64,000 nt of DNA from Phycisphaerae bacterium. GTDB lineage: Bacteria > Planctomycetota > Phycisphaerae > UBA1845 > Fen-1342. The notes beneath the pieces are model-generated. The model searched no databases. It saw nothing but the letters and a program-made list of their open reading frames with translations, and had not been told where the DNA came from. Both the position numbers and the translations under genes were made by a program. The stretch is from contig CAXXWX010000002.1 of assembly GCA_963675745.2 (NCBI GenBank), forward strand, positions 32,001-96,000, in the 5' to 3' direction. This document shows positions 59,882 to 64,000 of this stretch, in pieces (positions within the stretch are counted from its first letter, which is position 1; every line of letters begins with the position of its first letter).

Positions 59882-60909
59882 CCACGCCCATGCCAGTGGC
59901 GGTAATCGGCGCCGGACACATGGGCCGGCACCATGTTCGCAAATACAGCGAGATGGCGTCCACGCACCTGGTGGCGGTAATCGACAAGAACCTCGGGCGC
60001 GCCAGGGCCCTCGCCGAGCCGCTCGGCGCGCGCTACGCCGAGGAATATACGCCCGAGCTCGGCGATATCGCCGCGGCGACCGTCGCCGTCCCCACAACCC
60101 ACCACCTGGCCGTCGCCGGTCCGTTGATCGAACGTGGTATCGGCGTGCTGATTGAGAAACCGCTCGCGCCCAACGTCGCCGAGGCGGACCAGATTGTGGC
60201 GCTGGCGCGCAAGCACAACGCCACCGTCGCCGTCGGGCACACCGAGCGCTTCAACCCGGCGGTTCAAGCGGTGCTGCGGCTCGGATTGCGGCCCAAGTTC
60301 ATCGAATCGCATCGCATCAGCCCCTTTACGTTTCGATCCGCGGATGTGAGTGTCGTGTTCGACATGATGATCCACGACATCGACATCGTGCTACACCTGA
60401 TGCGCCTCGAGAAAGCCACGGCGGTGGATGCGTACGGCGTCAATGTGCTGGCGCCGACGGAGGACATTGCCAACGCGCGCGTGACCTTTGATCAGGGCGC
60501 GATCGCCAACCTCACCGTTTCACGACTGGCATTGAAGACCGAGCGCAAGCTGCGGGTGTTCTGCCACGACGCCTACATCTCGCTCGACTATCAGCAGAAG
60601 CGCGGCATCGTGATCACCAAGGACCAGAATCTCGATGTGCTGAAGCTGGCGCGCGAGAACAACCTGGACGACCTCTCGCAGATGGCCGGTCTCGATTTCG
60701 GCAAGATGGTGCGCGTCGAGCCGCTGGAAATCGACGACCAGGACGCCCTAAACGCCGAGCTCGAGGCGTTTGTGGCCAGCGTGCGCGACAAAACCCCCCC
60801 GCCGGTGACGGTTGAAGATGGTGCCCAGGCGGTTCGGCTGGCGGAACAGATTGTGTCGTCGATTCGCGCCCACCGCTGGGGTGGCGAAGCCGAACAGGGA
60901 ATCGGTTAA
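59878..60909 (+). CDS. Gfo/Idh/MocA NAD-dependent oxidoreductase, GnnA-like
   Basis: VIGAGHMG..H, IEKP, VGHTERFNPA, R.SPF..RS.D..V..DMMIHDID; overlaps the lpxA stop. Confidence 0.85.
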   Translation: MTTPMPVAVIGAGHMGRHHVRKYSEMASTHLVAVIDKNLGRARALAEPLGARYAEEYTPELGDIAAATVAVPTTHHLAVAGPLIERGIGVLIEKPLAPNVAEADQIVALARKHNATVAVGHTERFNPAVQAVLRLGLRPKFIESHRISPFTFRSADVSVVFDMMIHDIDIVLHLMRLEKATAVDAYGVNVLAPTEDIANARVTFDQGAIANLTVSRLALKTERKLRVFCHDAYISLDYQQKRGIVITKDQNLDVLKLARENNLDDLSQMAGLDFGKMVRVEPLEIDDQDALNAELEAFVASVRDKTPPPVTVEDGAQAVRLAEQIVSSIRAHRWGGEAEQGIG

Positions 60910-60991
60910 CGCCGCACCAATCGCGCGCTGCGGGGAAGACGGCCCCGCGAGCCGGCGCGTGCAAGCGAGTCCGGGAGGCGCGCGTTGGCGT

Positions 60992-61369
60992 CTAGGTCTC
61001 GGTGGTGCTGATGCCGATCTCGAAAGCCCCCGTCAACACGCGACGACTATGATGCACCGTTCCGCTGATGGAGCAGGGCTCGGCGTCAAACCGCGGGATT
61101 ACAGCCTCCACCCGCGCCCCGATCGGTATCGCCATCGCAACCTGCAACGCGATTCCGCGCGGTGAGATGTTGACCGTGTGGCCCAGCTTGGCCACCCATG
61201 TCCCCTCAGCGGGATCAAAAACACGTACGCGACACGGCAGGCGATGCGGCGCCCGCGGCTCGCGGCGCTTGCACCGCTGACGAAACTCGCCCCTGTCGCC
61301 GCCGGCGTGCGTGTCGTGCCTGACCGCGGCGGGCGATTGCTCGGAAGCAACGTTGGGCAGCTCGTTCAT
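60992..61369 (-). CDS. single PilZ-domain protein (c-di-GMP receptor)
   Basis: RREPR (RxxxR) and NISPRG ([D/N]xSxxG). Confidence 0.8.
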   Translation of the reverse strand: MNELPNVASEQSPAAVRHDTHAGGDRGEFRQRCKRREPRAPHRLPCRVRVFDPAEGTWVAKLGHTVNISPRGIALQVAMAIPIGARVEAVIPRFDAEPCSISGTVHHSRRVLTGAFEIGISTTET

Positions 61370-61561
61370 GCGGTTCTCTCCCAAAATCGACGCGGCGCGC
61401 GGCCAATTTATGCGCGGACATCGTCCGCTGTCTTCACCTATCGACAATCGCACCGGAAAAACTGAGCGGAATCGTGTGAAGCCGGCCCCTTGCGCGCAGG
61501 CTACACCAACGGGAATGGGTGGCAGTACGACGGACTCACCGTCGCGCCGCTCTGATCGGCG

Positions 61562-63586
61562 TTACTCCTCGACGGCCGGCGCCGGCAGTAAATCGGCCAT
61601 CCCCCGCAGAGCTGCCGCCGCCTGTTCCTGACGCACCAGAAGACGTATCTGATCCGCGTCTTCGTAGGTTCTGATCACCAGCGGGGGAATCGCACCGTTG
61701 TCGGCGGGGTTTATCGGCGTTGCACGGTGATTGGTGCCAAGCCAGTGGCCAACCCGCAGCCGCAAATACTTGCTGATGCCGTCATCGGCGCTGACGCGCA
61801 ACAGGGGCGGCTCTTGGTTGACGCGTCTGAGGTACTCGACCACGGAATCGACACCCGCACCGACGATGATGCGCGACCCGCGGATCTGAAACGCCACGCC
61901 AATGCGCGAGGCGGGTATGGCCAGCCAACCAACGTCGCCGACCGGTGTCGGCACCTGCCGCACCGGCAGCGGCTGATTCTCCAGGCCCCCAAAAAGCCAG
62001 TGCCCCACGCCCTGCTCGAGTTGGCGCAGCCAGTGGTCGGCCCGGTCTACTTCGATCACAAGCACCCACTGTCTCCAGGCCTGCGGCCCCGACGCGATGG
62101 AAGGCGGCCCGACCAACACCAATGATCGCACGGCGCTGCAAACATCGCTGGCCAGGTGTAGTTGCGTTTTCTGCTCGATCAGGCGAAAGAGCGCAAGCAG
62201 TTCAGCTTCGGGTGTGCGCGAGGGTTGCGTGCTTGCCAGGCGTTGCTCGTACAACACCTGCGCCGCGCTGAGCTCTTCCAGGAACTGCTCGAAATCCAGC
62301 CAGCGCTGCTGGCCGGGAGTCAGCGCCGTAACGAACACGAGTGATGCGTCGGTGGGCACCCAGCGTTGCCAGCCGGGCCGCAGTGGCGGCGTCAGCGCCA
62401 GGCGAGCGAGTACGCTGCGCGCGCTATCCACGTCGGCGACAATCTCGAGATCCAGCCCTTCGTCGCGCAGGGCAAGTGATGCGAAGACCGGACCGACTTC
62501 GCGTAAAGCCAGGGCATCGGCCGTAAGCACCCACCCGGCACGCTCCTGCTCCGGGGCGCGGAGGATTATATGATTGACGATGCTGGCCACATCCGCATAA
62601 AGCGACAGGGCATCCGCCGGCGGCCAATCGGCCGGGTGTTGCTTGAAACGGTCCTCACTAGATAGCGTGCCGCCGACCAGCTCCCCGCGATGACGCAGCA
62701 CCGTGTCGCCCACCTCGTCCGGGCGTGTGCAGATGACAAACAGGCCGTCATCGACTTCGAGATGCTCGCGCAGATCAAACGTGGCGGGGACAAACGGCTG
62801 CATGCCCTCGATGTTGAGATCGGGGGTGAGCAGGGTCGTCGCAACCCCCTCCAGGAACCCCGCCGTCGCGGCGCCACCCCCGGTGTACAAAACCAGCGCC
62901 ATCTCCTCGGGCAAGTCGGTGTCGCCTTCGCCGCCGGCAATACGCGAGTAGTGCCAACCCACGCCCAACCCGTCGAGCTTGGCCAGCTCGGCCTGCACGG
63001 TCTCGTTCCAGAATACTCGTGTGTCAATGCCAAAGGAGTGCCGCAACGGCGCGAGCAAGCGCTCACGGACGATCTCATCCAGGTCGGCGTCATGCAGCAG
63101 CGCGAGCACACGCTCCAGAAACACTCCGCATTGCGGCGCCTCCAGGTAGATGAGCGTGTCGGCGGCGAGCAGCCGTGAGGGGTCCGCTCGCGGAATGCGG
63201 GCCAACTCGTGCTCCACTCGCTGGCGAATCGTCGGCGACAGCCCCGCGTCCAGCAGCAGGCCTGTCAGCAGCGCACGCGCTTCGGCCGGCTTGTTCAGAC
63301 GGCGGCGGCAACGCGCCAGACGCCACGTCGCCTGAGTGCGCTCGTCGGGGGTAGCACGTGGATCGTCGAGTACACGTTGGTAGCCTTCGCCGGCGCGCAC
63401 CGGAAGGCGCAGAAATTCATCAACGTAAACCGCTTCGGCCAATGTCGCCGCCGAGGGCCGCACATAGGCGGGCAGCGTTTGCTGAGCATCCGACGTGCCT
63501 GCTTGCACCGCGGCGCTTGACACCGCACCGCCCAGCAGAATCACGCCGATTGCCAGCATACCACATCTGGTGCCCATCGGGCTCAT
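61562..63586 (-). CDS. secreted hypothetical protein with an N-terminal TPR-like segment
   Basis: 674-aa ORF, signal peptide, ATWRLARC..RL...AEARALL TPR-like motif; 4-bp overlap with the upstream ORF. Confidence 0.7.
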   Translation of the reverse strand: MSPMGTRCGMLAIGVILLGGAVSSAAVQAGTSDAQQTLPAYVRPSAATLAEAVYVDEFLRLPVRAGEGYQRVLDDPRATPDERTQATWRLARCRRRLNKPAEARALLTGLLLDAGLSPTIRQRVEHELARIPRADPSRLLAADTLIYLEAPQCGVFLERVLALLHDADLDEIVRERLLAPLRHSFGIDTRVFWNETVQAELAKLDGLGVGWHYSRIAGGEGDTDLPEEMALVLYTGGGAATAGFLEGVATTLLTPDLNIEGMQPFVPATFDLREHLEVDDGLFVICTRPDEVGDTVLRHRGELVGGTLSSEDRFKQHPADWPPADALSLYADVASIVNHIILRAPEQERAGWVLTADALALREVGPVFASLALRDEGLDLEIVADVDSARSVLARLALTPPLRPGWQRWVPTDASLVFVTALTPGQQRWLDFEQFLEELSAAQVLYEQRLASTQPSRTPEAELLALFRLIEQKTQLHLASDVCSAVRSLVLVGPPSIASGPQAWRQWVLVIEVDRADHWLRQLEQGVGHWLFGGLENQPLPVRQVPTPVGDVGWLAIPASRIGVAFQIRGSRIIVGAGVDSVVEYLRRVNQEPPLLRVSADDGISKYLRLRVGHWLGTNHRATPINPADNGAIPPLVIRTYEDADQIRLLVRQEQAAAALRGMADLLPAPAVEE

Positions 63587-63852
63587 CGGTTCGTGGGAAC
63601 ATCGCCACCGAGCGCCTCGATCTCGGTGCGCGGGTCAACAACAACCGTGGTGAGTTCGCCGTCATCCTTCTGGACACAGACGCGCCGCAGCCAGAGAAAG
63701 GCGTCTTTGGAATGAGCGTACCAGCTTCCCGTCTTCTGGGAGGTGGACGACACGACCGTGCCGACAACATCCGTCCGCAGATCGCCTTCGCGACGGCGGA
63801 TAGTCTGGAGGATTCGGACTCGCTGCCCGGGTTTTAATTCGTCCGCGTTCAT
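63583..63852 (-). CDS. small hypothetical protein (beta-rich, SH3-like)
   Basis: LKPGQRVRI.Q.I, TGSWYAHSKD..LWLRR...K.DGE; start uncertain. Confidence 0.65.
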   Translation of the reverse strand: MNADELKPGQRVRILQTIRRREGDLRTDVVGTVVSSTSQKTGSWYAHSKDAFLWLRRVCVQKDDGELTTVVVDPRTEIEALGGDVPTNR

Positions 63853-64000
63853 GGTGTCGATCCGTGCAGTTGGCTGTGCCGCGCGGCGGGTCAACCGCCT
63901 GCCGGCTGAGCCGCTCCATGTGACCGTAACGGTAACCGGACGGGGGCGGATGGTCCAGATCACCAGCGGCCGGCTGTGCCCGGCGGCGCTGGTGTCCGCG

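Noticed and set aside
63853..64000. Open frame upstream of the last CDS
   Set aside because: Cut by the window edge; no product can be supported

Overview
A 64 kb GC-rich bacterial chromosomal segment, most likely from Planctomycetota (class Phycisphaerae). The assignment is an inference from a DUF1571-like lipoprotein, a dockerin-repeat secreted protein, a fused lpxC-fabZ and an Nth-like protein after rbfA. Housekeeping genes: thyX, dapF, rpmI-rplT, PPi-type pfk, infB-DUF503-rbfA, kdsD, rluD, dacB and skp-lpxD-lpxC/fabZ-lpxA-gnnA-like. Accessory or unusual loci: (1) a Phe/Tyr homogentisate catabolic cluster; (2) a NERD nuclease-pseudokinase (PglW-like N-terminus) next to a 272-bp MITE with a 9-bp target duplication; (3) a cluster of YgeW, a second non-canonical carbamoyltransferase, a ThrC-like PLP enzyme and carbamate kinase, which looks like a variant ureido/purine fermentation module and is the best candidate for an undescribed system; (4) an isobutyryl-CoA-mutase-type large subunit; (5) a cdaA/cdaR-like locus with altered catalytic motifs, coupled to a degenerate pseudouridine synthase; (6) an intact ISAs1; (7) several REP/MITE families. 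Single-base frameshifts in fahA (two), cdaA/R, yggS and the essential infB suggest indel errors in the assembly. No rRNA, tRNA or CRISPR array was recognised. All calls were made by eye from motifs; no database searches were run.
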